A stretch of DNA of 64,000 nt from contig OX597814.1 of assembly GCA_951406725.2 (NCBI GenBank), forward strand, positions 97,030,001-97,094,000, read 5' to 3'. The position numbers were made by a program, and so were the translations under genes. Source of the DNA: Octopus vulgaris. Lineage: Eukaryota. The notes below the pieces were generated by a model. The model worked only from the letters and a program-made list of their open reading frames with translations, was not told the DNA's origin and searched no databases. Every line of letters begins with the position of its first letter. Position 1 is the first letter of the stretch. This document shows, piece after piece, positions 13,227 to 25,906 of the stretch.

Positions 13227-13849
13227 GATTCTTATACTTTGATATTTTGAAAGCCTTTCCACAAGTATAATGAAATAACTTGACTTTCCTGAAGATATCA
13301 TCATCATCATCATCGTTTAGCATCCTCTTCCCATGCTGGCATGGTCTATGGCTGGATGCCCAAAATACCACTAGTATGTAATGCTTCACCGATAAATATT
13401 TCCATCAACCTTAATATATTGGAGGTGGGTGTACAATTCTAGTTGGTAGAATCAGTGAAGTTGTCTTTCTTAGGGATAGAATAGATTTGTCAGATTTACA
13501 GATCTGAATATGGTAAATATACATAAAGAAAGAAAAAGGCCAATTTGCTGGCATACAATTTCACTATTTTCTAGTATTGGCAAAAACAAGAGAGACTGAA
13601 AACATGATCATGCCTGACAAGAAAAGTTAACTGGAAACAGGCTGTAGGATATATGTGTGAGCTAAGAGAATCTTTAAGTAAAACACATAGCAAAAGTAGT
13701 AATTTTATCATTATGAGGACTGCTAACAGGATCCTGTTAAATAAGTTTTCAATACAAAAGTAACAAAACATATAACCATTGTTAAGAAGCAAAGATCTAT
13801 AAGTGATACACTCCACAAAAGAATCAATTTTTCTCAAGATTCTTTTATT

Positions 13850-14049
13850 CTTTTACTTGTTTCAGTCATTTGACTGCGGCCATGCTGAAGCACCACTTTC
13901 CTGTCAAGCTTATTCTTTGTAAGCCTAGTATTTATTCTATCAGTCTCTTTTGCTGAACCACTACGTTACGGGGACGTAAACACACCAACATCAGTTGTCA
14001 AGCAATGTTGGGGGGACAAACACAGAGGCACAAACACATACACAAACAT

Positions 14050-14082
<33 letters not shown>

Positions 14083-14255
14083 AATACACATATACGATGG
14101 GCTTCTTCCAGTTTCCGTCCACCAAATCCACTCACAAAGCTTTGGTCGGCCTGAGGAGATAGTAGAAGACACTTGCCCAAGGTTCCAAACAGTGGAACTG
14201 ATCCCAGGACCATGTGGTTGGTAAGCAAGCTACTTACTACAGAGTCACTCCTGCA
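13850..14255 (-). mobile_element. tRNA-derived SINE
   Basis: tRNA-like head on the minus strand, internal CA/TA microsatellite, shared 3' motif. Related copies at about 605, 17320, 22695, 34330, 41830 and 59000. Confidence 0.7.
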
Positions 14256-14350
14256 CCTGTCTTTCATCTATCATCTCATGAACATTATGTTGATAATTAA
14301 GAAAGAAATAGGAAATGAAATAATTCATAAAAAGAAAGCTGCCTACTCAC

Positions 14351-14657
14351 CGATTAACAAGTCCTTTCATTTGTTTATTTAGTTTGGCATCTATAGCATT
14401 AGCATCAGATAAGTTCTGTCGCAAGGCTGGAGGAATGTAACCAGTTGGTTTTGAATTCACAACCTTTCCATCAGCGTCTCGTAACCGACCATAAATGTCT
14501 TCTTTCAAAGAATCATTACTTTGCTCAGTTAACTTCACTTGTTTTGCCTTTGGCACTGGGACTGAATCATCAAATTTGACCTTTTTTTTTATGGATTTCT
14601 CTGAACAGTCTTCTGTTGCTGGCCTTTTCAAAATGGGAGCCTGTTTGGTTTTAGTAT
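14351..14657 (-). CDS. NOM1: NOM1 coding exon 5
   Basis: TTTTCTTTGCAAG acceptor, phase 1-2. EDIYGR, YIPPALR and KQMKGLVNR are the hallmark motifs at the start of the NOM1/Sgd1 MIF4G domain. GTGAGT donor. Confidence 0.93.
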
Positions 14658-15458
14658 CTTGCAAAGAAAATAAAAACCCTCATTAAATTTTATATGATAC
14701 CATGTTAGTTACTAAAACAAAAAAATACATTACAATAATTAGAGTAATAACAAAGCAAAAATAACTGTTTTAAAAAGACTTCCCTTATTAAAAATATATC
14801 ACAAAAGAATAATATTCTTCTTTTATAAAACCTCCCAGAATTTCTATTTTTTAAATATTCCTTTCAACACACTGAACAAGACCCAAACCCTAGTGCTGCT
14901 TTCTCATCTTGCATACATTCATTCTCACATCTTTTGACTTGAGCTACTGAATCTAAGTCTCAAACATCAGCTGTGTGTAAATTCTGTAATAAGAACCAAG
15001 TCATCAGCATATTTATGATTCTATAGGGAGCTTGGTTTAATTTCATGAGATGAAAAAAAAATACAATAAGTTTACCCAATGAAAAAACATTTTTTATTTT
15101 AAAAACTACTTTCAAGAAGTTAGACACATGGCTTAGTGGTTAGAGTATTAAGCTCACAATTGTAAGGTTGTGGGTTTGATTCCTGGCATGCTGTATCCTT
15201 GAGCAAGTTTTTTTTTTATTTCACGTTGCTCTAGTCCACTCATCTGGCAAAAATGAGTAGTACCTGTATTTCAAAGGACCAGCCTTATCACAGGCTGTGT
15301 TATGCTGAATCTCCCCGAGAACTATGTGAAGGATACACATGCCTGTGGAGTGATCAATCAACTGGAACCCTCATCATCGTAACCAATGGAATGCCAATTA
15401 TACCTACAATCCAGCCAGATATTATTATGTGCTACATTTATTTGGATCTACTCATGTA

Positions 15459-16718
15459 TTGCAGATGAACTGAAATCACTTTTAAGCAGTTTACTTAGTA
15501 GGTTTAACATTTCATTTTTTGACAAAACCTTGCTTGTTTGAAAATCTAATCCTCCTCTTTATTTTTTAGGTAAATAGCAAACAGATTCAACAACAGAAGT
15601 TTCATGAATCAGCAGAATCGTTCTGCCATTGTTGTTTTGGTGCACACTGGGCACACCACCAGCAAAATTGTTAAGTTGACAAAACTTGCAAAAGCAAAGG
15701 TTTATCATGTGCATAAAAAATATAAAGAAGAGGAAAAGATTAATAGAAATGAACACAAGACTCAAAGTGATTCCAAGTGCAAGCCAAAGTTTCTCACTGG
15801 CCTCAAACACTCAACCGAGGCCAACCCATCCATGAGAACTCTTGCAAAGAAACGCAATGTGTCCCTTTCCATGGTGTCAAGAGCTGTGAACAGGAACCTT
15901 GGTATGACTAGTTATGTTTGATAACACCATCACCTCCTAACAGCCAAGGCCAAAGCAATCAGAGTCAAGAGATATCCAAAGCAATCAGAGCTAAGAGATG
16001 CCCAAAGCTCCTGTCATTCATCAAGCATCAAGGTGCAGGAAAAACTCTCTTGTAAATGGACAAGATGTTCACCATGGACGAAGAAATTCTTAAGTGATTG
16101 CATACAACTTTCTGATGTCCCCGCTGTATTTGAGACTAAGAATCCCGCCTCTGTAATGGTATCTGGAGCCATAGCAAATGATGGAAGTATCCATGGATCA
16201 CACTTCATTGAGTGTGGCTTGAAGATTGTCACAAATGAGTATCTGGATATCCTGAAGAACTCTGTTACCTTAGATGGAGCAGAAGTTTGAGCTTGACAAT
16301 GTGGTGCTTATCCAGGATCTGCACCATGGCATAGGTCAAAAGTATCACAGGACTTCCTTGGTGAGAAGGTATCATTTTTTGTGAGGGCCAACATCTGGCC
16401 CAGAAATAGACTAGATCTCAACCTTTTCAATTACTTTTAATGGGGTGTACTTCAAGCAAGGACCAATACTTCACCACACACAAGTGTCAACTGTTTGAAG
16501 ACCTGCATCACGCATGTGACATGCAAAATCAAAAAAGCGGAGGTTGCAGCAGCTGTGAAAAAATTTCATTCTCATGTGGAGGCAGTAATTGCTCAAAAGG
16601 GCAGCCATATTGAGTGATAAATGTTACATTAAAATTATATCTGTTTACTACCAATTTTAGAATTTATAACCAGTTTTAGGCATCATAAAAATTGTCTCAA
16701 TTTATCTGCAAGATCCTG
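15459..16718 (+). mobile_element. Near full-length degenerate DD37D (maT-type) transposon
   Basis: HTH-like ORF 15604-15921, KNPASVMV, QD...WPRNRLDLNLFNYF with 37-residue spacing after one frameshift, GSHIE* end. Imperfect TIRs TTGCAGATGAACTGA / TCAATTTATCTGCAA. Confidence 0.8.
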
Positions 16719-16869
16719 AACTCATGTATTTTCAGTATCTAATTTGTTTTATTAAATCTAAAAAAATATAAAACCTAGTAAAATCTAAAAAAAAAATATA
16801 TATATAAAGCCCAAAAAAAGGAAAAATAATTGTTAAACCTCCTCTTAAAAAAAGGAGGAAATAATGTAC

Positions 16870-17112
16870 CTTCTACAAGTTCTGGAATACTTTCACTGTC
16901 TTCATCATCATCATCATCATCATCATAATCATTGTCAAAATCATCATCCTCAACATCATTGTCATCATCACAATTTTCATCAGCCATTTCTGAATCACTA
17001 TCTTTCTTTTCATCATCTTCAGATTTATCACTGCCTGAATCAGAATCATTTCCATTTATCTTTTTGAGGGGAAGGCCACAATTTTTAAAATCTCCAGCCA
17101 CATCAAGAATAT
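16870..17112 (-). CDS. NOM1: NOM1 coding exon 4 (acidic Asp/Glu/Ser-rich region)
   Basis: Phase 1-1, 243 nt. Completes the GLGY|ILDV motif, then a poly-Asp tract. GTACAT donor. Lies within ORF 16775-17149. Confidence 0.85.
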
Positions 17113-19257
17113 CTTGAACATATTTAAAGAACAATAAATTGGGTAACATTTGCTGAATATTAAATACAAAAGTAAGAATGCAAGGTGCAACACCAAGGCG
17201 TTGTTTTTATGCACATGCATGTGTATATCCATTTTGTCATGCAAACAACCAATCAACCAATCCCTCTTTCTCTCTCTCTCTATTTATATATATATATTCT
17301 ATTATTTTTTTCTTTAACTTGTGTTTCAGTCATTTGACTATGACCATGCTGGAGCACCACTGCTTTGAAGGGTTTTAGTTGAACAAATAATCTACCCCAG
17401 GACTTTTTTTTTTTTAAGCCTAGTACTTATTCTATCTTTTGCTGAACTGCTAAGTTACGGGGATATAAATACACCAACACCAGTTGTCAAGTGGTGATGG
17501 GAAGACAAACACAGACACAAGGACATATACACATACAGGGTGTGGCAAACTGATCTGACACATCTGTAGGTTTAATAAAAGTGAAGTAAAGAACAAAAAA
17601 AATGTGTGTTTGTTTTTGAAATGTACATATAATGCCATTTTGTTTCAAATGGTGCCATTTCTGCTATTTTGTTTCATTTCATTTTCAGTTACCAGCATGA
17701 CTTGGACAGGTGAGCATCGCACTTTCATTGTGGAAGCATTTATCAAGAACAACGAATCTGTAACTGCAACATGAAGAGCATTCCGTGTGCACTTCTGGCT
17801 TGGTAGACATGACCCAATGCCTACTTGAAACACAATTCTGTTATGGGTTACCAACTTCAGAGCTAATGGATATTAGCATTAAAACGAAAATCAATCAGCT
17901 GACCTCAGACTGCGAAAACTCTGGAAAATGTGCCAGCAGTAAGAGCTTCAGTTCAACATTCTCCACAACGTTCTGCATGGAAATACGCCACTGCTCTTAG
18001 GCTTTCTGATAGAAGTTTGTGAAGAATTCTTCACAAGGAACTGCAAATGCATCCATACAAAATAGTTTGGGCACAAGAACTCAGTGCTCTTAGGCCTTCC
18101 TATAGAAGTTTGTGAAGAATTCTTCCCAAGGAACTACAAATGCATCCATACAAAATGGTTTTGGCACAAGAACTCAGTGAAAAAGACTTTGAAACTCACA
18201 GAGCATTGTGTTTGGAAATTCAACATGTTCCCCATGCTAATCTTGTGTTGTTCAGTGACGAGGCCCATTTTCACCTGTGTGGCAGTATGAATAAGCAAAA
18301 CTTCCGATACTGGGCCAAGAACAACTCTCGTGAGTTGCATGAACACACTTTGCATTGTCCTTGGGTGACCGTATGGTGTGTAGTGGCAGAATTTGGCATT
18401 TGGTGACCGTACTTCTTCAAAGAAGACAATATCACACTGACTGTGAACTTTGATCGATATTGTGTGATGCTAAAGACTTTTCTGAAACCCAAATTGAATG
18501 AAGTTGATCATAGGGACAACGTTTGGTTTTAACAGGATGAGGCAACAGCTCACACTTCTCGATGTGCAATGGGGATTTTAATGGAGGTGTTCTCCAGTCA
18601 TTTGGTCTCATTGCACAGTGACATCGGTTGGCCCACCTGATCACCTGATTTGAACCCATGCAATTTTTTTCTGTAGGGATACCTGAAATCGCCCTTGAGC
18701 CTTTGAAAATCTGGACCTTTACTGCCTCACTGGGTGTAACAAAATCATGCTTTCAGTACAATCTAACACAGCCTGAACAGCTTCCATCTGCTCTTTCACA
18801 TAACTGTGCATCAGACTAAATATTATGAAGTCTGTTAAATGCTTTCCTCAGTTCAACAAATTGATTCTTATCTACATGACCTCCACCCCTAAATTTCACA
18901 CTTTCATATAAAATTTAAATAACATACAATTTGCCATGTTATCCTGTATTAGCTTTACCGTACAGCATCTTCATTAGTCAATCAATTAACTTTTAATACA
19001 GATTCTAGTACAATACTCATATTTGTAATAAATTACAAATCTGCTGTTATACTAGTTATTACAGATAAAACCTTTCTGTATGGGATTATTTCTTTAATTA
19101 CTCCATAAGCTATCAACTAGATTAAGTGAAATAGCCAACCCATTAACAATATAAAGTTGTAATATATAATTGCTATTAAAAACATAAATAAATCCTTAAT
19201 AACATTTGTAATAAGTATTTGTAATTAAACTATTAATGATTTTTCATTAAAGGATAC
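17113..19257 (-). other. U12-type GT-AG intron (NOM1 intron 3)
   Basis: Donor GTATCCTTT equals the U12 consensus. Branch-like TTCTTTAAA at 17131-17123 ends 10 nt before the end of the intron. No classical polypyrimidine tract. Confidence 0.8.
17536..18690 (+). mobile_element. Degenerate DD41D (rosa/Visitor-type) transposon, 3'-truncated
   Basis: Starts TA|CAGGGTG. VLFSDEAHFHLCGSMNKQNFRYW and QD...WPT*SPDLNPCN with 41-residue spacing. Internal duplication of about 95 bp near 17995-18180. Confidence 0.8.
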
Positions 19258-19456
19258 AGCCTAAGCCATCATCTATAAACGACTGAGGTAGAGTCTTTCT
19301 TTTCTTCAGACCAAGCTTCTTTTCAAGTTCTTTAATGGCCTTCTCTTCATTTTTTATAGCTGCCTGATCCTGTCGTTTTCTGATCATTTGTACATTAGTG
19401 TCTTCTTCCTCTTCACTTTCCTTGTCATCATCACTCTCAGCTGGATTTAATTGTAA
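19258..19456 (-). CDS. NOM1: NOM1 coding exon 3
   Basis: TTTTCAG acceptor, phase 0-1. EEKAIKELEKKLGLKKRKTLPQSFIDDGLG(Y) matches the conserved NOM1 motif E.REIRKLE..LGL.KRK...P.SF..DGLDYIL. Donor GTATCCTTT. Confidence 0.9.
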
Positions 19457-19856
19457 CTGAAAATAGAAGCAAGTACTTGATCAGACAAAGCCACCAAATG
19501 ATGTAAAATTAGAGAAAAATAAAATAGCAACACTTAAATAAATAAATGTCAGTAAAAGGAAAAAAATATATTCATCCATCTTCTCCATCCACTTTTCTTA
19601 GAAGGGTTGTTGGGATAGAGTCCTCAGGTACTTCTTCCACTGAGGTTCTATCAGAAACAGCCATCGTTACACTTTCCAATGTAAATACCAAGTTGGTGCC
19701 TGGTGTGAATAAGACCACCACAAACAAACTGCAACATGAAAAGGGTTCAAAAGAAGAAGCATACCACATCATCGGTTGTGTAGGTTAATAAGCGATGCAT
19801 TTGAATCTTAGGTCTGTTCAAAAATCATACTGCAGTCTCCAGCCAATGCTGGTAAA

Positions 19857-20195
19857 GAGTAAAGACCCCCTTCGGTCATGAATGACCATGGGATTGCACC
19901 TAGAAACTTCCCCTCTGAGGCACAAGTCCGACCTAGGTTGTTTGTTGAAGACCAACAGTCGCCCATGCATACCAGCCTCCCCCCTCCATGCTACCAATGT
20001 TATCCAAGGGAAAGACAAAGGCTGATACAGCTTGGCACCAGTGACTTTGCAACTCATTTCTACAGCTGAGAGAACTGGAGCAACATGAAATAAAGTGTCT
20101 TGCTCACGAACAAAACATACAGCCTGTCAGGGAATTAAACTCATTACCTCATGATAGTGAGCCCGGTGCTCTAACCATTGAGCCATGTACCTTCA
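19857..20195 (-). mobile_element. tRNA-derived SINE
   Basis: Minus-strand head TGGCTCAATGGTTAGAGCA...GAGTTTAATTCC with A/B-box-like motifs. A related head lies at 15125 on the plus strand. Confidence 0.65.
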
Positions 20196-20304
20196 CAATG
20201 CTGGTACAACCAGCATTAACCCTACAACTTAATCTGAGAGGTGTGGGGTTGGAGCACAAAGAATGCATGTCCCAAGACCTCCAAGTAGGTCCAGGAGGGA
20301 ACAA

Positions 20305-22068
20305 TGGCCGTAGTCAGTACCGCATCACTGGCCATCGTGCTGTGGGCACATAACAAACACCATCTGGTCGTGGCCGTTCGCCAGCCTCATCTAGCACCTG
20401 TGTCGGTGGCTGTCGGTGGCACATAAAAACACCATCTGAAGACCCAGCAAGACTAGTCAGGCCATAAACCATGGCCCCTACCTGGGACGTAGTCAGTCCA
20501 CCTGTGCATACCTTCCTCCTTGTGATACTTGTGAAGGCCTGTTGAGGCAAGTGAAAATCAAAATCAAAATCAAATCAAAACAAATCAAAATAGATGAACA
20601 TCAATGGAATTTGTATCTTTGTGGTACCAGTGCCGGTGGCACACAAGAGAAAACCATCCGAAAGTGGCCGTAGCCAGTACCGCATCGACTGGCCTCCGTG
20701 CTGTGGGCACATGACAAACACCATCCGATCGTGGCCGTTCGCCAGCCTCATCTAGCACCTGTGTCGGTGGCACATAAAAACACCATCCGAAGACCCGGCA
20801 AGACTAGTCAGGCCATAACCCATGGCCCCTACCTGGGACGTAGTCAGTCCACCTGTGCATACCTTCCTTCTTGTGACACTTGTGAAGACCTGTTGAGGCA
20901 AGTGAAAATCACAATCAAAATCAAAACAAATCAAAATAGATGAACATCAATGGAATCTGTATCTTTGTGGTACCAGTGCCGGTGGCACACAAGAGAACCA
21001 TCCGAACGTGGCCGTAGCCAGTTCCGCATCGACCGGCCTCCGTGCTGTGGGCACGTAACAAACACCATCCGATCATGGCCGTTCGCCAGCCTCATCTGGC
21101 ACCTGTGTCGGTGGCACATAAAAACACCTTCCGAAGAACCGGCAAGACTAGTCAGTCCACCTGTGCATACCTTCCTTCTTGTGACACTTGTGAAGACCGG
21201 TTGAGGCAAGTGAAAATCAAAATCAAAATCAAATCAAATCAAATCAAAATAGACAAAATAGATGAACATCAATGGAATTTGTATCTTGTGGTACCAGTGC
21301 CTGTGGTACCAGTGCCTGTGGCACACAAGAAATCCATCAGTGCTGTAGTCAGTGCGGTGGGCACATGACAAACACCATCCGATCGTGGCCGTTCGCCAGC
21401 CTCATCTAGCACCTGTGTCGGTGGCACATAAAAACACCATCCGAAGACCCGGCAAGACTAGTCAGGCCATAACCCATGGCCCCTACCTGGGACGTAGTCA
21501 GTCCACCTGTGCATACCTTCCTTCTTGTGACACTTGTGAAGACCTGTTGAGGCAAGTGAAAATCAAAACAAATCAAAATAGTTGAACATCAATGGAATTT
21601 GTATCCTTGTGGTACCAGTGCCGGTGGCACGTGGCACACAAGAAAACCATCCGAACGTGGCCGTAGCCAGTACCGCATCGACTGGCCTCCGTGCTGTGGG
21701 CACGTAACAAGCACCATCCGATCGTGGCCGTTTTGCCAGCCTCATCTGGCACCTGTGTCGGTGGCACATAAAAACACCATCCGAGCGTGGCCGTCTGCCA
21801 GCCTCGTCTGGCACCTGTGTCGGTGGCACATAAAAAACACCATCCGAGCGTGGCCGTTTGCCAGCCTCGTCTGGCACCTGTGTCGGTGGCACATAAAATC
21901 ACCCACTACACTCTCGGAGTGGTTGGCGTTAGGAAGGGCATCCAGCTGTAGAAACACTGCCAGATCTGACTGGACTGGTGCAGCTTTCGGGCTCCCCAGA
22001 CCCCAGTTGAACCGTCCAACCCATGCTAGCATGGAAAGCGGACGTTAAATGATGATGATGATGATGAT
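20305..22068 (+). repeat. Tandem array (about 4.5 units of 320-346 bp) of RTE ORF-end/3' UTR ending in a normal (GAT)n tail
   Basis: Anchor TAGATGAACATCAATGG (one mismatch in the last copy) at 20591, 20937, 21259 and 21579. Each unit ends in (AAATC)n. Roughly 60-bp subrepeats at 21700-21900. Confidence 0.85.
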
Positions 22069-22877
22069 ATAATTTTGTTCAACAAATGAAAAGGAGAGCT
22101 TCTAACAATGCAAAGAGGTATGATTATTAACCTTTATATATTTTAGGCACACAAAACCTATCATCAAAAGAAAACAATAAAGAAATGTCTATGTAGACCT
22201 TGCCATTTAGATAGCTGAATGGGTAGTAACCCTGCTTTGTCCAGCAAGTGTGATAGCAGAGTAATTCCCCAGAAATCACTGTAGAGGTCACAAGGATGGA
22301 TTGCTAGCTCAACTCTCAGCAATTTCAGTTCTTTAATGTCACTCATTATTTTGTAATGAGAGTAAAGGGTTTACATTATCAAACTTGAAGATGTTTTCCT
22401 GGGTTAAAAGTACAAGTTTTATTTATTTTTTTAATACAAATGGTAAATTTAAATATCTTTAAATAATTATTCAAATTTATTATTAGAAAAGATATGAGCC
22501 TCATAAACAAATAAAGAATGTCATTGTAGTTGCTTCTACACACACACACATAAAAAAAAAGCATTTTCTTAATACAGGACAGCATACTTTTAAAGAATGT
22601 ACTCTCTTGCTTCTCAGGAATAATGGGAAAAGAATAAAATGGTAAATATAACACTCAAAGTATTAGAAAATTAATCAAAAATAGAATAAAGATAGTTATA
22701 GGCACAGACATTGCTATGTGAACAGGCACATGCATAGCTGTGTGGTTAACAAGCCTGCTTTTTAACCATATGGTCTCTGGTTCAATCCCACTGTGTGACA
22801 CCTTGGACAAGAATCTTCTACTACAGGCCAACAAAAGCCTTGTGAGTGGATCTGGTTGACAGAAACTGGGAAAAGCC

Positions 22878-22913
<36 letters not shown>

Positions 22914-23183
22914 GCATGTGTGTACCTTGACATCATGTGATAATTGTAAACAAACAACACCAACATACAAGTGAAGTTGTTCATTTCTTCCATGAAAAAC
23001 ATGCTTGGCTATGGGGAGATGTTACCTTACCGAGAAACAGGTAAAGGTTGACCACAGGAAAATCTATCTCAATAAATTCCATTCTGATCCATGCAAACAT
23101 GGAAAAATGAATGCTAAATGATGATGGTGATGATCAGAACTAGGCAATGTATTTTAGTTCATTAATAACATGGCTGTACATAC

Positions 23184-23312
23184 TTCTTTTAGCTTCATTT
23201 TTTTCTTTTTACGTGATATTTTTCTTTTTTTATTTCTCACAGCATTCCTTTTCTTTTGTTGCTCTGCTTCTTCAGATGCTTTAGAATTATCTATATTTTC
23301 TAAAGTTGGAAT
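23184..23312 (-). CDS. NOM1: NOM1 coding exon 2
   Basis: TTTTTCCAG acceptor, 129 nt in phase 0-0, IPTLENIDNSKASEEAEQQKKRNAVRNKKRKISRKKKKMKLKE (NLS/NoLS-like), GTATGT donor. Confidence 0.8.
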
Positions 23313-25090
23313 CTGGAAAAAATATGAAACAAACCTGTTACAAAGATTTTTTTTTTTGTACTGGTTGTATTAAATTATATTTCACATCTATGAAATTCTT
23401 CCAGCTAATAGTGATGAGAGTATTTGCTGAGGTTTAGTTCATTACACCTTCTATAATATTTTTTTTTCTTTTACATCAACTTTTTTGTTTCAAATAATTA
23501 ATATTAAGCAAGTATGGAGGAATGAGTATACCAAAGAATCAGTCAAGATAAAAGGACTTGCAGTATGTCATATTCTCTTACATTTTGAGTTGAATGACAG
23601 CTGGAAATTACAAGTTAAAATGCTAGCAGTTTTTGACAAGTGCACGAACAAGATAGTTGTTAGTCCTTCCATCAAATACTGATGTTGTAGTTGAGTTAAA
23701 GGTTGCTGAAGGTGTCTAGTGCAACATGTTCATGTCTATAATATTTATTAGTTATCCGAGGTCAACTTTGTCTTCCATCCTTTCAGGGTCAATAAAATAA
23801 GTATCATTTGAGCACTGGAGTCAATATGATTTACCCCCTACCCCAAAGTTGCTAGTCCTGTGCCAAAATCTGAAGCCAATATTTATTAGTTATAATATTA
23901 GTGTCAAAAGTTTCTCAGTCTGGTTCTAATGTCCAGGTCAAGGTTTTTCTTGAGATGTATACTGCCATAGCCATTACCTGTGGTTTTTATAAGCCAGAGA
24001 AGAGTTCAAAATTATTTTGACTGGCCATCGCCACTTCAACAACAAAATAAAAAGGTTTCTCTTTCCATGCAAGAAAAACAATAAAAAAATCTGCTCAACT
24101 ATTCCATACCATTTATGTTCCACAGTCAAAACCCACTTGGCAACAATATACCTTATTCCATCTTAGGTGTAGTTTAGTGATTTAAACTGTCCCTGACACA
24201 TGATCAAAATATAGCCAGTGGACTGAGAGTTCAGTTTTCAAATTTTTGGCAAGACTTATTATTTTAGGTACTGATGTTGAGTCAACTGACACTATCATCA
24301 TCCAATATTTGAGACATTATACCAATGTGAAAAAATTAATATTAAATATGAACAAATTTGTTGCATTGACAAGTAAAGCTAATTTGTCATAATTAACAGT
24401 GAAGTAACAGAAGAAAATATAACTGTGTATATGTTTGATTATGTGTAGGGGGTGCTGTTATGTCGCCATAATAGTCAAATTTCCCTAAAACCATATCTTA
24501 TCGCCTTGAAAAGGAAGGATATATACATTATGTATTGCTAAATAATGTATATCTGGAAAAATGATCAGATGACTAAAGGTATATTCGATCAGAGATGATC
24601 TGAGATAAATAACAACAGGAATTTTACTCGGAACAGCATTTTGCTAGAGTGATACAAGACTATGTATCCATTCCGGTTTCATATTGTGCCAGCGATCTGC
24701 TGTATTCTTCTAAACAGTTACAGACCATACATTTATAGAGGAAGAAAAGAAGCAGATGTTATGATCTGAATGCCTTTCCTAAGAAAATTAACAATATTAG
24801 TTACATGAAATTGCTCTATCAGGTAATAAAAATTATAAACGTTTAAGCTCTTCTTAAAGCTTGTGAGAAATTTAATTCATTAGATGAAATTACATTTCAG
24901 TCACCCAAGAAATATGAAATCAGTCCTAAAACAATAAAATTAATTTTCAATAGTTTCTACATTTACTGTCAATAGATAAAATCCAGTAAAAAGTTGAATG
25001 GTGGAAAATGAAGCAAAACAAACGAGCACGTGTGCTAAAGTGCCGTTTAATTGAGTAAACAAACATAAATATACAACACGAATAACTCAC

Positions 25091-25189
25091 TTGTTTCCTT
25101 TGAGAAAATGCTACGTTTTTCAACTTCTTCAATTTACGAAGAAGTTTTCTATTTTCTTTTCTTTGGGTAACTTTAATAATTCCTTTCAT
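25091..25189 (-). CDS. NOM1: NOM1 coding exon 1 (probable start exon)
   Basis: ATG at 25189. Encodes MKGIIKVTQRKENRKLLRKLKKLKNVAFSQRKQ, resembling the basic RKELRKEKRHLRK segment of NOM1/Sgd1. Phase-0 GTGAGT donor at 25090. A further upstream exon cannot be excluded. Confidence 0.8.
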
Positions 25190-25274
25190 GTTGATTATCA
25201 AGATATTCAACGGTGTAATGTGAAATTAATCTCATCATAAAAAAAAGACCACACGAGTTTCTGTTGCAAGGAAG

Positions 25275-25906
25275 GGGGCTAATGCAGGTTCGCACCTCTC
25301 CTTGAAAAAGGGATTTTGGGGGAAAATTTTTTCGGATTCCTGCGTTTTAGATATCGGAGATTACGAATATGCTAAAAAAAAAATTTAATTTAACCCCCAC
25401 TTCTCCTCCTTCCCAATTTAAATTTTTTTATTATTTTGTTTGCTCTAAAGAGATCGTAGCGAATTGACGAACATATGCAAACTGAAATTAAATACAGACA
25501 AAAACATCAAAGTGAAAAGAATTTGCGTTTTACTTATGTTTGCCTTAAATAATATATTTGTCAACTAAATGTAGCGGTCCTATAGAAGACGTTGTTACTG
25601 TTATTTTTAACCCCAGGAAGACAGCCATGTCTATCTATCTATCTCTTTATACACATATCCGTATCCTTACTGAATTTAAAATTTTGAAAACGTGGTTTCT
25701 GGCACGTAGATGACAGGATTTCCGTCATCTAAAACATTGGGAAAAAAATTTTTGAAAAAGTTCAAAATTTTAAATGGGAGTTGGGGAGGTGGTTACATTT
25801 TTTTTTTGCATATTCGTAATCCCCGTCATCTAAAATGTAGGAATCAGAAAAAAAATTTTTTTAAAAATGCATTTTTCAAGGAGAGGTGTGAAACTGCATT
25901 AGCCCC
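25275..25906. mobile_element. MITE with about 150-bp TIRs directly upstream of the NOM1 ATG
   Basis: GGGGCTAATGCAGGTTCGCACCTCTCCTTGAAAAA... mirrored by ...TTTTTCAAGGAGAGGTGTGAAACTGCATTAGCCCC. Imperfect 8-bp flanks CAAGGAAG / CAAGAAGG (Mutator- or Merlin-like). Confidence 0.8.

Noticed and set aside
15125-15200. tRNA gene
   Set aside because: A/B-box-like head continues into a SINE body with no complete cloverleaf. The same holds for the other SINE heads.
16864-17067. Poly-His ORF on plus strand and poly-Met ORF on minus strand
   Set aside because: Shadow frames of the (GAT)n poly-Asp tract in NOM1 exon 4.
19546-19788. Overlapping ORFs near NOM1 exon 3
   Set aside because: No recognisable homology and no need in the exon phase chain. 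Probably decayed repeat sequence.
20305-22068. Retrozyme (hammerhead-bearing tandem repeat)
   Set aside because: The unit size fits, but there is no CTGANGA core on either strand of the unit. CTGTTGAGGCAAGTGAAA lacks supporting stems and corresponds to the RTE ORF end.
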